A DNA stretch of 64,000 nt from Candidatus Latescibacterota bacterium (GCA_965248755.1 OZ252149.1:1376001-1440000); one strand, 5' to 3'. Shown: positions 19,621 through 29,292, counted from the stretch's first letter. Translations and numbers: made by a program. The notes: generated by a model not told the origin, from the sequence alone.

Positions 19621-19985
19621 TTAAGATATTTTGGACAACCCGATGATCTCCCACGCCTCCTCGGGTGAGGCTATCTCTCGTCCCACTTCACGTGCGATGC
19701 GCACCGCCTTTTCCACCAGTAAGACGTTGGTTGTGGCCAATGTGCCGTCTTCCAGATAGGGACAATCCTCCATCCCGACCCGCACATGACCACCAAGGAG
19801 GATCGCGTGGGTTACGATTGACCAGTATGCCGGAGGATCCATGCAGCTCATGTTCCAGTTGGCGCGCAGCGGCAGATGGTCAACCATGTATTGCAGACCT
19901 TTCGCCGTCGGTGGGGGGTCCACCCCTGTCCCGGCCAGCCAATGAACAGGGTAAGCCATTGGGGGTCTGCCAGGAGGTCTGGCTC
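19621..19985 (-). pseudogene. 3-keto-5-aminohexanoate cleavage enzyme (BKACE/DUF849) C-terminal fragment, frameshifted
   Basis: AILLGGHVRVGMED...TNVLLVEKAVRIAREVGREIASPEEA. Frameshift at the G6 run near 19913-19918. Confidence 0.8.
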
Positions 19986-19989
19986 CTGC

Positions 19990-20177
19990 TCACGAACTCC
20001 CTCGGCGGTCCAGAAGTCTGCCTGAGGACTCATGTGCGGCTCGGGAATCGGCAAGAACGGGGGTGCGACCTCGAGACCGATGTCGATAGCCTGGTACCCG
20101 ACTTCTGCCAACACGTCGATTGCCTCTTCTACGCTGTACATACACAAGAGCCCCGAATTGCAGCTTAGACCTTGCAT
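19990..20177 (-). pseudogene. Sugar phosphate isomerase/epimerase N-terminal fragment fused to the BKACE remnant
   Basis: LSCNSGLL..YSVEEAIDVLAEVGYQAIDI is a typical xylose-isomerase-like TIM barrel start. Confidence 0.6.
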
Positions 20178-20272
20178 TTGAACATCCCTTCATCCTATGT
20201 TGAATGTCGCTGAAATAAGATCGAGTAGTTTAGTAAGTAAGGCACGGTCATTGCTCTATAGGTTGGGTCCTA

Positions 20273-20309
20273 TGTTTACGATTTTAACACATTTTCTCCT
20301 TAATGGCAA
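20273..20309 (-). promoter_or_regulatory. Sigma70-type promoter overlapping a TGTT(A/T)A-N5-TTAACA palindrome
   Basis: TTGCCA-17 bp-TAAAAT on the minus strand. Near-identical to 29005-29041. Confidence 0.6.
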
Positions 20310-20439
20310 AAGAATTGTAGTGCCCACCTGTAAAGATGATCGTTATTCCGTGGATGCGCCGCGTTCGAAGGGAAAAAGGTAAGCCTTCTATTTTTCATCA
20401 GTATTTGGATCTTATCGCAGCCACAAGCTGAGCCAGTGA

Positions 20440-20560
20440 GCATAACGGCTAAGTTCAGCGGCGGACCTACAACTACGCTCCGCCACCTATACAGCGTCTC
20501 ACGGAAAATACCATGTCATGTGTCTACCCTCCCGCCCGTCCGCTGGAGCGAGTGTTAGGG
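20440..20560 (-). mobile_element. Integron attC site (121 bp)
   Basis: Minus strand: CCCTAAC-ACTCG-CTCCAGCGGAC ... GTCCGCCGCTGAAC-TTAGCC-GTTATGC, showing R'', L'', L' and R' boxes. Lies 10 bp after a stop codon. Confidence 0.85.
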
Positions 20561-20570
20561 CCGCGTGTGT

Positions 20571-21041
20571 TCATAGCCACCGACCGACAGGTGCCTTGTA
20601 ACGCAAAAATCCCTCACCAAATTTGGCCTCCAGGTGACGTTCCTCTCCACGCACCGCCCACAGATCCATCACAAGGAACACTGGTGCCGCCAAGATTAAG
20701 ATCCAGCCATTGTTAAGGAGGATTCCAATGCCCAAGTACAAAAGCGTCAACGATACATAGGAAGGATTACGCGAGAACCGATAGGGTCCCTCCGTAATCA
20801 GAGCCGAGGCCGGCTTCCGTACGTCGAACGGCGTACCCCCTCGACGAAAGCGCCTGAGGACGGGCGCAATTATTAGCCCACTAACGAGAATAACAACCGA
20901 CCCGATAACGTATCTTGAGGAGCCTGATAAAGGCGACAGAGGCCATAGAGAATTAAGCACGAATCCTACAGCGAGCGCCGCAACGTAAATTACTGGCGGC
21001 GGGATACGGATTCCAGGCCCGGATGATGCTTCCACGTTCAT
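20571..21041 (-). CDS. Isoprenylcysteine carboxylmethyltransferase/PEMT family membrane protein (gene cassette)
   Basis: GPYRFSRNP.Y and EERHLEAKFGE..RY...V.RWL motifs. Flanked by attC sites. Confidence 0.9.
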   Translation of the reverse strand: MNVEASSGPGIRIPPPVIYVAALAVGFVLNSLWPLSPLSGSSRYVIGSVVILVSGLIIAPVLRRFRRGGTPFDVRKPASALITEGPYRFSRNPSYVSLTLLYLGIGILLNNGWILILAAPVFLVMDLWAVRGEERHLEAKFGEGFLRYKAPVGRWL

Positions 21042-21063
21042 AAAGTTCTCGTGCTGGTGCGCG

Positions 21064-21123
21064 CCCTATCGTCCTGGGCATCACCTTCGTGCGAAGCACG
21101 TCAGCTGCATGCCGTTGTTAGAT
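21064..21123 (-). mobile_element. Integron attC site (60 bp; R' mutated to GATAGGG)
   Basis: Minus strand: ATCTAAC-AACGGCATGCAGCTGA-CGTGCTTCGCACG-AAGGTGATGCCCAGGAC-GATAGGG. R'' contains the TAA stop of the upstream ORF. Confidence 0.75.
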
Positions 21124-21429
21124 TGCACTGTCGTTCCAGTTCCCATCGTCGTACGAGCGCTGAACCCGAAACAATCGGTCGTACAGTCCGTCCAGCGCAC
21201 TCCGCAAAGCCTTGTCTTCGGTGTGGTTTGCCTCCGCCGCGATATACCCGAGCATGTCCTCCAGATCATCCAGCGTGTAGTCACCCACGAGGCCCCTGCC
21301 ACTCGAAGCGGGCCGCAACCTCTTCACATACTCGGGATCTCCAAAGGTGTGGTCGAGCAGCAAGCTCCGATCGCGGGCCGTCATCCGAACAGCGATCCTC
21401 TCGTCGGGATGGATCTTCCGTCGACTCAT
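21118..21429 (-). CDS. Hypothetical protein (gene cassette)
   Basis: 103 aa with a GGAG RBS, bounded by GTTAGAT and ATCTAAC. Confidence 0.75.
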   Translation of the reverse strand: MSRRKIHPDERIAVRMTARDRSLLLDHTFGDPEYVKRLRPASSGRGLVGDYTLDDLEDMLGYIAAEANHTEDKALRSALDGLYDRLFRVQRSYDDGNWNDSAI

Positions 21430-21443
21430 CCATGCTCCAGTTA

Positions 21444-21470
21444 ATCTAACCAGGGCTTATACAGTTTTCT
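21444..21470 (-). mobile_element. attI/attG-like cassette insertion site
   Basis: ACTGTATAAGCCCTG-GTTAGAT. The core is the exact complement of the cassette's R'' ATCTAAC. No intI visible adjacent. Confidence 0.6.
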
Positions 21471-22263
21471 ATGCTAAGAACCTATGTACAGCTATTCGAG
21501 CTATATAAGACCCTACTGAAATATTAAGAAAAAACCTGTAATATTAAGAATATCATTCGGTTGAGTCATAATTATCATAAGTTGTCTAGGAATTATATAC
21601 AGACTGTATAAAACCCCAATTTGCAAAATACTTGTCGCTCTGTCAAGACATCCTATGTCAAATGAAAAGTCGTCAAAGAGTAAGAATTAATCTATGACAG
21701 CAAGAGAGCGGTATGGAATCTCCAAATTCTCTGCTTTTTTGATCTTTTCGAAATCTGGGCACACTCCACGTTAGACTTTGGCTTTTCACACTTAATCACC
21801 CCGCTTCTTCGTCTCTAAGCTGCATATGTCCTTCCATTGGCGAGGATATGCACTGATGAATTTCCATATCGGTCCTCGCATCTTCTCAGTTCGTGGCTGG
21901 TAGACTTGGATCGTCTTAAAGCGCTCGTTTATTGGGAAAATGATTCTTATATCTTCGTGCGAAGATAATGAGCCAGTTTGAAACCGCAGCTGGATTGGGG
22001 ATTTTTCAGACAGTTTGAGAGGCAGAACTCCTCGTCTGACACGGTAGATTCTGCCAGTTTCAGAATTCGCACAAGATTCCTTTTTTTTTTACACTCGCAC
22101 TGTGTCCGAATCTCAAGCTTTCTTCTTCATATCAGATGCGTCTTCCGATGTCGATCAGCGCCATCGTTTGGCTCGGTACTCCGATCGTCTTTGCAGGAAT
22201 TAGCGGATGGGGCCTGATTCAGAATTTCCTGGCAGCGCATAGGATCTAAACTGTGAGTGTCGC

Positions 22264-23382
22264 CTACCTAAACCAGTCATAATTGAGCCTCAGTGAGCGG
22301 TCTTCAAGCGGCAGGTCGACGCGCACGCTCCCCTGGGCTGCAGACTGCTTCAGGGCGATTTCTACCTCGAAAGCCACAGCGACCCTTCTGCCGGAGTTTT
22401 TGGGCTCATCAAGCTTTCCTTCCAGGCAGTCCAAGACATCCGCAACCCCGTAAACAGCACCAAGTGGCCCTTTCATCTGAGATACCATCTGGGGCTCCGG
22501 CCACGGTATCTCCACCCGGTGTCTGCCAGCGGGGGTATCTATGTCCTGCCACAGTCTCCATATCCCGCTGTGGACAAGCTCTCCGGAAGATCCGGACACG
22601 CGGACAGAAGGCGCCCCCTTTCGGAAGTGAACGACGAGGCCGTCTACGGTTCCCACCATCCCTTCACCCCTGAACTCATCGCTGCCCGATTCGGTTCGCT
22701 CCTGGTCCCCAACGCCGAAGGCCCAGGCAGGAGCGCTTTCCACAAAGTACGACCACTGCTGATTCTGGGAAATTGGAACACCTGGCGCCTCGATGGAGAT
22801 GACATCGCCTATGGCCCCACTTGTAACCAGTTCCTTTGCCCTGCCAAAAGAGGGATGATTGGTGATGAGAGAACCACAGCAGAGAGGCACACCGGCATCC
22901 ACGCACGTCTTGACCATCCGGTCGGCCTCCTCAAGAGTGTGCGCCATGGGCTTTTCCGTCATGATCCCCCTGGCGCCGCGCTGGACGGCCAGGCAGGTCA
23001 GGTCGGCGCGGACGTTGGTATTGGTGGAGACGATTACGATGTCCAGCTTTTCCTTCTGGAGCATCTCCTCCGCGTCCGTGTAGAGAGCCTTGACGCCGTA
23101 GCGCTCCTCAAAGGCCTTTAACCGCTTCCGGTCGCGGTCTGCACCTGCCACTAGATCAACATCCGACCGATCCCACAGAGCCTCTGCGTAGGTGCTGGGC
23201 ACACGCTCCTTGCCAGGGTGATCGTGGTAGTGGAATTTCCGGTGGATGTCAAGTTCAGGCGTTGGACGATCAACATCGTCGATGTCGAAGCGGTCGGAGA
23301 TGCGTTCAGCCATGTCGTAGAGCATTCCCATCCATCCCAACCCGATAATTCCCGCGCGATAGTTTGCCATGGTAACCCTCAT
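22264..23382 (-). CDS. Gfo/Idh/MocA family oxidoreductase, copy 1
   Basis: GIIGLGWMG Rossmann motif and TEKPMA. Confidence 0.9.
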   Translation of the reverse strand: MRVTMANYRAGIIGLGWMGMLYDMAERISDRFDIDDVDRPTPELDIHRKFHYHDHPGKERVPSTYAEALWDRSDVDLVAGADRDRKRLKAFEERYGVKALYTDAEEMLQKEKLDIVIVSTNTNVRADLTCLAVQRGARGIMTEKPMAHTLEEADRMVKTCVDAGVPLCCGSLITNHPSFGRAKELVTSGAIGDVISIEAPGVPISQNQQWSYFVESAPAWAFGVGDQERTESGSDEFRGEGMVGTVDGLVVHFRKGAPSVRVSGSSGELVHSGIWRLWQDIDTPAGRHRVEIPWPEPQMVSQMKGPLGAVYGVADVLDCLEGKLDEPKNSGRRVAVAFEVEIALKQSAAQGSVRVDLPLEDRSLRLNYDWFR

Positions 23383-23474
23383 TCTCTCCTTCGTAAGACT
23401 ACTACTATGATTTCGTGGGTGAGGCTTGATTCAGAAACTCTGTCGGCCAATAGGGTCTAAGTTGCCTGTATTGC

Positions 23475-24593
23475 CTACCTATACCAGTCGTAATTGAGTC
23501 TCAGTGAGCGGTCTTCAAGCGGGAGGTCGACTCGCACGCCCCCCTGGACTGCAGACTGCTTCAGGGCGATCTCTACCTCAAGAGCCACGGCGACCCTTCT
23601 GCCGGAGTTCTTGGGTTCATCAAGCTTGCCTTCCAGGCAGTCCAAGATATCTGCAACCCCGTAAACAGCACCAAGTGGCCCTTGGATCTGAGATACCATC
23701 TGCGGCTCCGGCCAAGGCATCTCCACCCGCTGTATGCCAGCGGGTGTATCTATGTTCTGCCACAGCCTCCATATCCCGCTGTGGACAAGCTGTCCGGAAG
23801 AGCCGGAGGCGCGGACAGAAGGTGCCCCCTTTCGGAAGTGAACGACGAGGCCGTCTGCGGTTCCCATCATCCCTTCACCTCTGAACTCATCGCTGCCTGA
23901 TTCGGCTCGCTCCTGCTTCCCGACGCCGATGACCCAGGTAGGAGCGCTGTCCACAAAGTAGGACCACTGCTGATTCTGGGAAATTGTAACAGGGTGGGCT
24001 TCGATCGAGATGACATCTCCTATGGCCCCACTTGTGACCAGTTCCTTTGCCCTGCCAAAAGAGGGATGATTGGTGACGATACCACCGCAACAGAGAGGCA
24101 CACCGGCATCCGCGCACGTCTTGACCATCCGGTCGGCCTCCTCAAGAGTGTGCGCCATGGGCTTCTCCGTCATGATCCCCTTGGCCCCGCACTCGACGGC
24201 CAGGCAGGTCAGGTCGGCGCGGACGTTGGTATTGGTGGAGACGATTACGATGTCCAGCTTTTCCTTCTGGAGCATCTCCTCCGCGTCCGTGTAGAGAGCC
24301 TTGACGCCGTAGCGCTCCTCAAAGGCCTTTAACCGCTTCCGGTCGCGGTCTGCACCAGCCACCAGATCGACATCCGACCGATCCCACAGCGCCTCGGCGT
24401 AGGTGCTGGGTACACGCTCCTTGCCAGGGTGATCGTGGTAGTGGAATTTCCGGTGGATGTTAAGCTGAGGTGTTGGACGATTAACATCGTCGATGTTGAA
24501 GCGGTCGGAGATGCGATCGGCCATGTCGTAGAGCATTCCCATCCATCCCAACCCAATAATTCCCGCGCGATAGTTTGCCATGGTAACCCTCAT
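23475..24593 (-). CDS. Gfo/Idh/MocA family oxidoreductase, copy 2
   Basis: Same length (372 aa) and near-identical to copy 1. Confidence 0.9.
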   Translation of the reverse strand: MRVTMANYRAGIIGLGWMGMLYDMADRISDRFNIDDVNRPTPQLNIHRKFHYHDHPGKERVPSTYAEALWDRSDVDLVAGADRDRKRLKAFEERYGVKALYTDAEEMLQKEKLDIVIVSTNTNVRADLTCLAVECGAKGIMTEKPMAHTLEEADRMVKTCADAGVPLCCGGIVTNHPSFGRAKELVTSGAIGDVISIEAHPVTISQNQQWSYFVDSAPTWVIGVGKQERAESGSDEFRGEGMMGTADGLVVHFRKGAPSVRASGSSGQLVHSGIWRLWQNIDTPAGIQRVEMPWPEPQMVSQIQGPLGAVYGVADILDCLEGKLDEPKNSGRRVAVALEVEIALKQSAVQGGVRVDLPLEDRSLRLNYDWYR

Positions 24594-24671
24594 TTTCTCC
24601 TACGGAGGACAACTATTATGATACGGATACTATACTCTGATTTCTTCCCAGAAGGTTGTTCCGCGATAGAA

Positions 24672-26186
24672 TTAATCGGGGGACAACGACTCCGCTGGAT
24701 AGCTCAGGGTTGACGCATACGGACCGTGTTCCACGACGATCTCCACGTCTTCAATTATCACTCCTCCTGTGAACCCATCGGGTCTCCTATCCAGCGACAC
24801 CTCTAACAGATTCTGGCCTTTCTGCGGGCGTTCCCCTTCCAGGCGGAATTCCAACAACTGACCGGCGTAAGGAACGTTACTATCTGTGATCTTATGTGTT
24901 CCACCGAAGGTGCGCGTGCAAGTCTCATGAGACAGAGACCTCCCGTTCAACAGTATCGTAAGGTTGTCCGCCGTCACCAGATTACTCACGTTGATCTTAA
25001 GTCGTACTTCACGCACGCGTTCAGAAGATCCTTGCATATCATCTGATATATAGAACGGGATCTTATAGCTTATGTTCGGGTCAGCAGACGGGATTTGGAT
25101 CGGCAGTGCCGCATCGTAGACAAGCCCGGAACCTGCCGCATTTTCGCAGCGCCTCGGCAGGACATAGTGCTTTTCCCCTTCTTTTGATAGTTCAGGATTG
25201 CCTATCTCCGTGAGAATTCTGCGTTCTGAATCTCCTAATGGCCACTTCAAGAACCAGGTGTAGAGACCATCGGCGCCTCGATCCCAGAAGTTGCCCGCAG
25301 CAGCCCGCATCATCTCAGGCGTGGCGTACTTTCTGAGGTGAGATCCTACACTCTCGTCTTCTGACCAGGGTTGAAGCACTGGGTAGACAGATGCGCTGTC
25401 GTTTTGATGAGCCGATTGAATGAGCCAATCGATGGGCATGTCAGGGTCGAGTATAAAGTAGCCGTACAAAAACGGCACCACAAAGTCAACGATTCCCTCC
25501 TCAAACCACGTGCGCACATCCAATCCCGCCTCAAGACACATCTTTTCGGTGGGGAATACTCGAGCACCGATCTGACCGGGCTTGCCGGGCCTGTTCCGGA
25601 CCATGTGAGAAATCTTACCGATGTACTCTGTCATCAGCGGTGTGTGCTTTTCCGCTTCATCGGGCTTGAAGAAGAACGAGGGAGCGCAAAAGTCCAGCTC
25701 GACTCCCTCTACAGAATATTCTGTGGCGAGTTCCTCAAGGACTGCGAACTGATGATCGCGCGCCTCTGGATGAGCAAAGTTCAGACAGCCCTCCATCGGC
25801 CCGGGAACGCCGATCTGATAGCTTGGGTCGCTGCCACTGAATGCTCCCATGCGCAGGCTTGCGAAAAAGTCTATACCTGCCCCATGCGCCCTGTCGATGA
25901 GCACAGTTAGTGGGTCGAGGCCCCTGTCAATAAGGCTCTGCATATTCTCACATGCGCGCCACGCATACGCATCTTTGAATGGGCGCTGCTTTGCGCCCCA
26001 GCTTAGTCCAACCTTGGATGGGTAGAAGAGTCCTCCGCTTGAGACGCCGTAGCTGAATGTGTCAACGGCAGTGCCTGCCACTTCGTCAATCGGTCTCCAG
26101 GCGTCCTCCAACTTCATGGGCGGCTCGAAGGCGTACAGGTAGTAATGTCGCGCATCATTAAAGTAGATCGTTCGACGTCGTCTCAT
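24672..26186 (-). CDS. Putative glycoside hydrolase-like TIM-barrel protein (GHL10/DUF187-like)
   Basis: IYFNDA, FFASLRM, LNFAHPEARD and EGVELDF motifs, plus a C-terminal beta-sandwich-like region. Confidence 0.6.
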   Translation of the reverse strand: MRRRRTIYFNDARHYYLYAFEPPMKLEDAWRPIDEVAGTAVDTFSYGVSSGGLFYPSKVGLSWGAKQRPFKDAYAWRACENMQSLIDRGLDPLTVLIDRAHGAGIDFFASLRMGAFSGSDPSYQIGVPGPMEGCLNFAHPEARDHQFAVLEELATEYSVEGVELDFCAPSFFFKPDEAEKHTPLMTEYIGKISHMVRNRPGKPGQIGARVFPTEKMCLEAGLDVRTWFEEGIVDFVVPFLYGYFILDPDMPIDWLIQSAHQNDSASVYPVLQPWSEDESVGSHLRKYATPEMMRAAAGNFWDRGADGLYTWFLKWPLGDSERRILTEIGNPELSKEGEKHYVLPRRCENAAGSGLVYDAALPIQIPSADPNISYKIPFYISDDMQGSSERVREVRLKINVSNLVTADNLTILLNGRSLSHETCTRTFGGTHKITDSNVPYAGQLLEFRLEGERPQKGQNLLEVSLDRRPDGFTGGVIIEDVEIVVEHGPYASTLSYPAESLSPD

Positions 26187-26546
26187 TGGTGATCTCCTCT
26201 CCTTGTCGATTCCCCACCAGCCTATGACTTAATTCAGTATGGTGACTCCTCCGCTACAACCTGAGAAAAATGGACTCCAATTGTGACATCCTCTGCTATG
26301 TTACCCTCACTTTCTCGTTCCTTATACGATACATTATGCTACAGACTATTGCCCCCAGATTCCTTCCCAAGAAGCTCTTCGCCGATAGAATCAATGACAG
26401 AATCAATCGGGGATGGCCAGCACCGCGCGACACCCAATTGATGTTCGACTTTCTTGGGGCCGTCTGCCGTTTCTGTCTCTTATACACACGGAGCGCACAC
26501 TGCGCCGCCTACTTGCAGTCAAAGAGGCGACCCAGCCGGCGTCTTT

Positions 26547-28922
26547 CTACGCGTTCTCCGGCCGCGTCGCAGCGAAAATATCTTCACCATCGGTATTCTC
26601 TCCAGCCGAGAAGGTCATTGAAATCCCCACGCTGGAATCTCTGCCCGCTTCTATTACCCTACCGACAAACCCATCCGGGCCACAGAGCGTGCTTAAGTCC
26701 TGTCCGGCCATCGCTGCCGGCATCGCCCACAAGAGCATATTTTGATTGTAATCGGTTCCGAACGTCCGTTCGCCCGTGTCACAGCGAATAAGGTTAGGTA
26801 GATCCCATGGATGCGGATGTCTTATCACATTGTTGTAGAGGCACTTGCGTACGATCTCGAGCCCGGTTTCGCGATCCCCCTTGTAGATGTAGGTCATTCC
26901 CACAAGGTAGGTTTGCGGGGGAAAGATTCCGTAGCTGGTCAACTGGGGTGTCCCATCGGCGTCGGCAAAACCGACGGCGCCGCCAATCTCGACCAGACAG
27001 GTTCGCTTGATGGTTGTCAGCCCCTGTTCCACCCGCTCGGCACGAAATACGCCAGGCAGACCGTGGAGGTGGTTCGCCCACTCGCCGTCAAATTGGCTTG
27101 CCATAATCTCATCAGAGATCTTTCCCCGCTCCGGATCGCTATAGCGAAGATAGGACAGGGTCTTATCATTCCACAGATTCTCTTCCAGCGCTCTACTCCC
27201 CTGATCGAACCACTGTTGGCACTGATCGGCAAACTTCCTGTCTTTCATCTTCTCCGCCATGCGCTGAGCTATCTTCAGATTCGACAGACGCAGGCCGGCC
27301 ACGTGAGCACACATGCCATACCAGTCCATATGCTCGTACCAGTGCTTTGGGGTTCCGCTGAACTTTCCGCCGGCCGGATCGAACGTGACGCTGATGACGC
27401 CCTCCGGCCCGGGAACCTGGTTCATCGTCCAGGTGGTGCTCTTTTTCACGGCAGCGTAGAACTCGGAAACAACGGTGTCATCCGCCGTGCATTGCCAGAG
27501 CCGATCCACCATATCCACAAAACAGACGCCGTTGAGCGGGGCCTGATACTCATAGAGAGAAAATCGAGGTATCAGCTCCATTCCAACGCCAAGTGCGAAG
27601 GGAGGAGCCCCGTCCTCCCGCATAAACTCTGTAAAGCCCTTTAGGGTTGACCTGGACAGTTCGGGGAAGAAGTAATTGAGGGGCAGGTTGCCATACCAAC
27701 TGCAGGGAATACACTCGATGTTGGCACACGAACGAGGGCTCTCGTATTGTCCATAGACACCGCCTGGGAATCTTGAATCGCCCAGGGGAGGCTGGGGCAG
27801 CGCCCAGATACTGGTCTCGGTCATCAGGCAGAGGTGGTTGATCAGGGAGTCGCTCAGCCAGCCGGGAATCTCCCGCTCGCCGTAGATCGCGCCTTGCCAG
27901 GCAAGGATCCTCTTGAGAAGCAGAGCATGCCCCGCTGCCAGGCGTCGGGCAACGTCCAGGCTGTTACGATACCGAATGGTGTACATTTGCCGGTAGCAGT
28001 TGCCCTTTTCGCCCTGCCATTGGGGAGCATACCAGGCAAGCACAACGCGAGCGGTTCTTGCTTCATCCGGTTGCAGATCGAAGTCAATCGCAAGAGATGC
28101 GCCCGGATCGTCGGCTGGCGCCGCAGGCTGTTGGGACGAAATCTTAGTCCAGGCAGCCCCGTCCGCGCCGAGACTCCCTCCCAGACGCGGGGCCTCCTCT
28201 CCGATCACACCCAGCACGTAACCTACATCTCCCTCACCGGTCACCTGCACTCCACGCACTCCTTCCACCACATCTTCCCGCCGAAACCGCTTTGTGCCCG
28301 CCTCCACTTCGGTTGGCCCAGAGAAGTCGAAGGCAACCGTTCCCTGACAGCGCGTTCCCGACGTGTTGCGCAAGTGAATCTCGAAGATGGCGCCGGGTAT
28401 ACTGGAGGCGGCCAGGTCACCCGGGATAAAAGGCGCCCATGCGCGTAGGCCCACACTCACCGGAGCATCCGTCTCGTATTCCAGATCGGCCACCGGATAG
28501 TGACCCCAGTAATGGATCTCTCGGGCGCACTTTACGCCTTCTATCGGAGATGTCTGCACTGTCCAGTCTTCATCAACCACCTTGTTGGCAGCGCGCGGTC
28601 GCGTACACGCCTGCAAGGCGCCACCCCTTATTACCTTCTCCGTCGCAAGGACCCAGACCTCCTCACCCACGGACAGACCCAACAGGGGCGAAAAGCGGGG
28701 TTTCTGACGCGGGACAAACGAGTTGAATATCGTGTTAAACCCTATGACACCTGATCCGTCAATGTCGAGACACCCCGTACCTATTCCGCCCACCGGCACC
28801 CCGCAACAGGGTGGCCGCTGGTTTCGATAGATCACTCCGCAGACCGGCTCGGAGAACCCCAGAGCGGAGAATTCCGTCCACTCCAGTTCGGTAAGATCAG
28901 TGGGGAACAATTTCTGGAACAT
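26547..28922 (-). CDS. GH116 family glycoside hydrolase (GBA2-like)
   Basis: GVPVGGIGTG, YWGHYPVADLEY, WAPFIPGDLAASSIPG and IMASQFDGEW motifs. Confidence 0.85.
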   Translation of the reverse strand: MFQKLFPTDLTELEWTEFSALGFSEPVCGVIYRNQRPPCCGVPVGGIGTGCLDIDGSGVIGFNTIFNSFVPRQKPRFSPLLGLSVGEEVWVLATEKVIRGGALQACTRPRAANKVVDEDWTVQTSPIEGVKCAREIHYWGHYPVADLEYETDAPVSVGLRAWAPFIPGDLAASSIPGAIFEIHLRNTSGTRCQGTVAFDFSGPTEVEAGTKRFRREDVVEGVRGVQVTGEGDVGYVLGVIGEEAPRLGGSLGADGAAWTKISSQQPAAPADDPGASLAIDFDLQPDEARTARVVLAWYAPQWQGEKGNCYRQMYTIRYRNSLDVARRLAAGHALLLKRILAWQGAIYGEREIPGWLSDSLINHLCLMTETSIWALPQPPLGDSRFPGGVYGQYESPRSCANIECIPCSWYGNLPLNYFFPELSRSTLKGFTEFMREDGAPPFALGVGMELIPRFSLYEYQAPLNGVCFVDMVDRLWQCTADDTVVSEFYAAVKKSTTWTMNQVPGPEGVISVTFDPAGGKFSGTPKHWYEHMDWYGMCAHVAGLRLSNLKIAQRMAEKMKDRKFADQCQQWFDQGSRALEENLWNDKTLSYLRYSDPERGKISDEIMASQFDGEWANHLHGLPGVFRAERVEQGLTTIKRTCLVEIGGAVGFADADGTPQLTSYGIFPPQTYLVGMTYIYKGDRETGLEIVRKCLYNNVIRHPHPWDLPNLIRCDTGERTFGTDYNQNMLLWAMPAAMAGQDLSTLCGPDGFVGRVIEAGRDSSVGISMTFSAGENTDGEDIFAATRPENA

Positions 28923-29004
28923 CCTGAACTCCCTTCGGTATCTTAAATCAGAGACAGCAATAATTAAAATTTGGCAGCTTGTGCTACCAACACCGAAAAA
29001 GAAC

Positions 29005-29041
29005 TGTTAACGATTTTAACACATTTTCGCCTTCATGTCAA
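29005..29041 (-). promoter_or_regulatory. Sigma70-type promoter with an overlapping TGTTAA-N5-TTAACA operator-like palindrome
   Basis: TTGACA (29036-41)-17 bp-TAAAAT (29013-18), about 85 bp upstream of GH116. Confidence 0.7.
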
Positions 29042-29292
29042 AGCGATATTCTCCAAGTTCTCTTTTTTCGATCTTTCGGAAATCTGGGCAAATCCCACCG
29101 TACACCTCATGTGTTATTCTTAAACTAATCATCCTCGGCTAAATTTGATCGCTTGAATTTTACCTTACATCTTATTTCTTCATTTTGAATCAACCAGTTT
29201 CTTCGTTTCTGATTCTAAACCGCATATCTCCCCGTCACATTGGCGGAAGTATGCATCTTCTCGTTGAAACCACAAACAACAGTAGCTTTTAG

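Noticed and set aside
26270..26791. Overlapping ORFs containing CLLYT, LSLIH and YKRQ
   Set aside because: These peptides are translations of the Nextera mosaic end; the ORFs are not credible genes.
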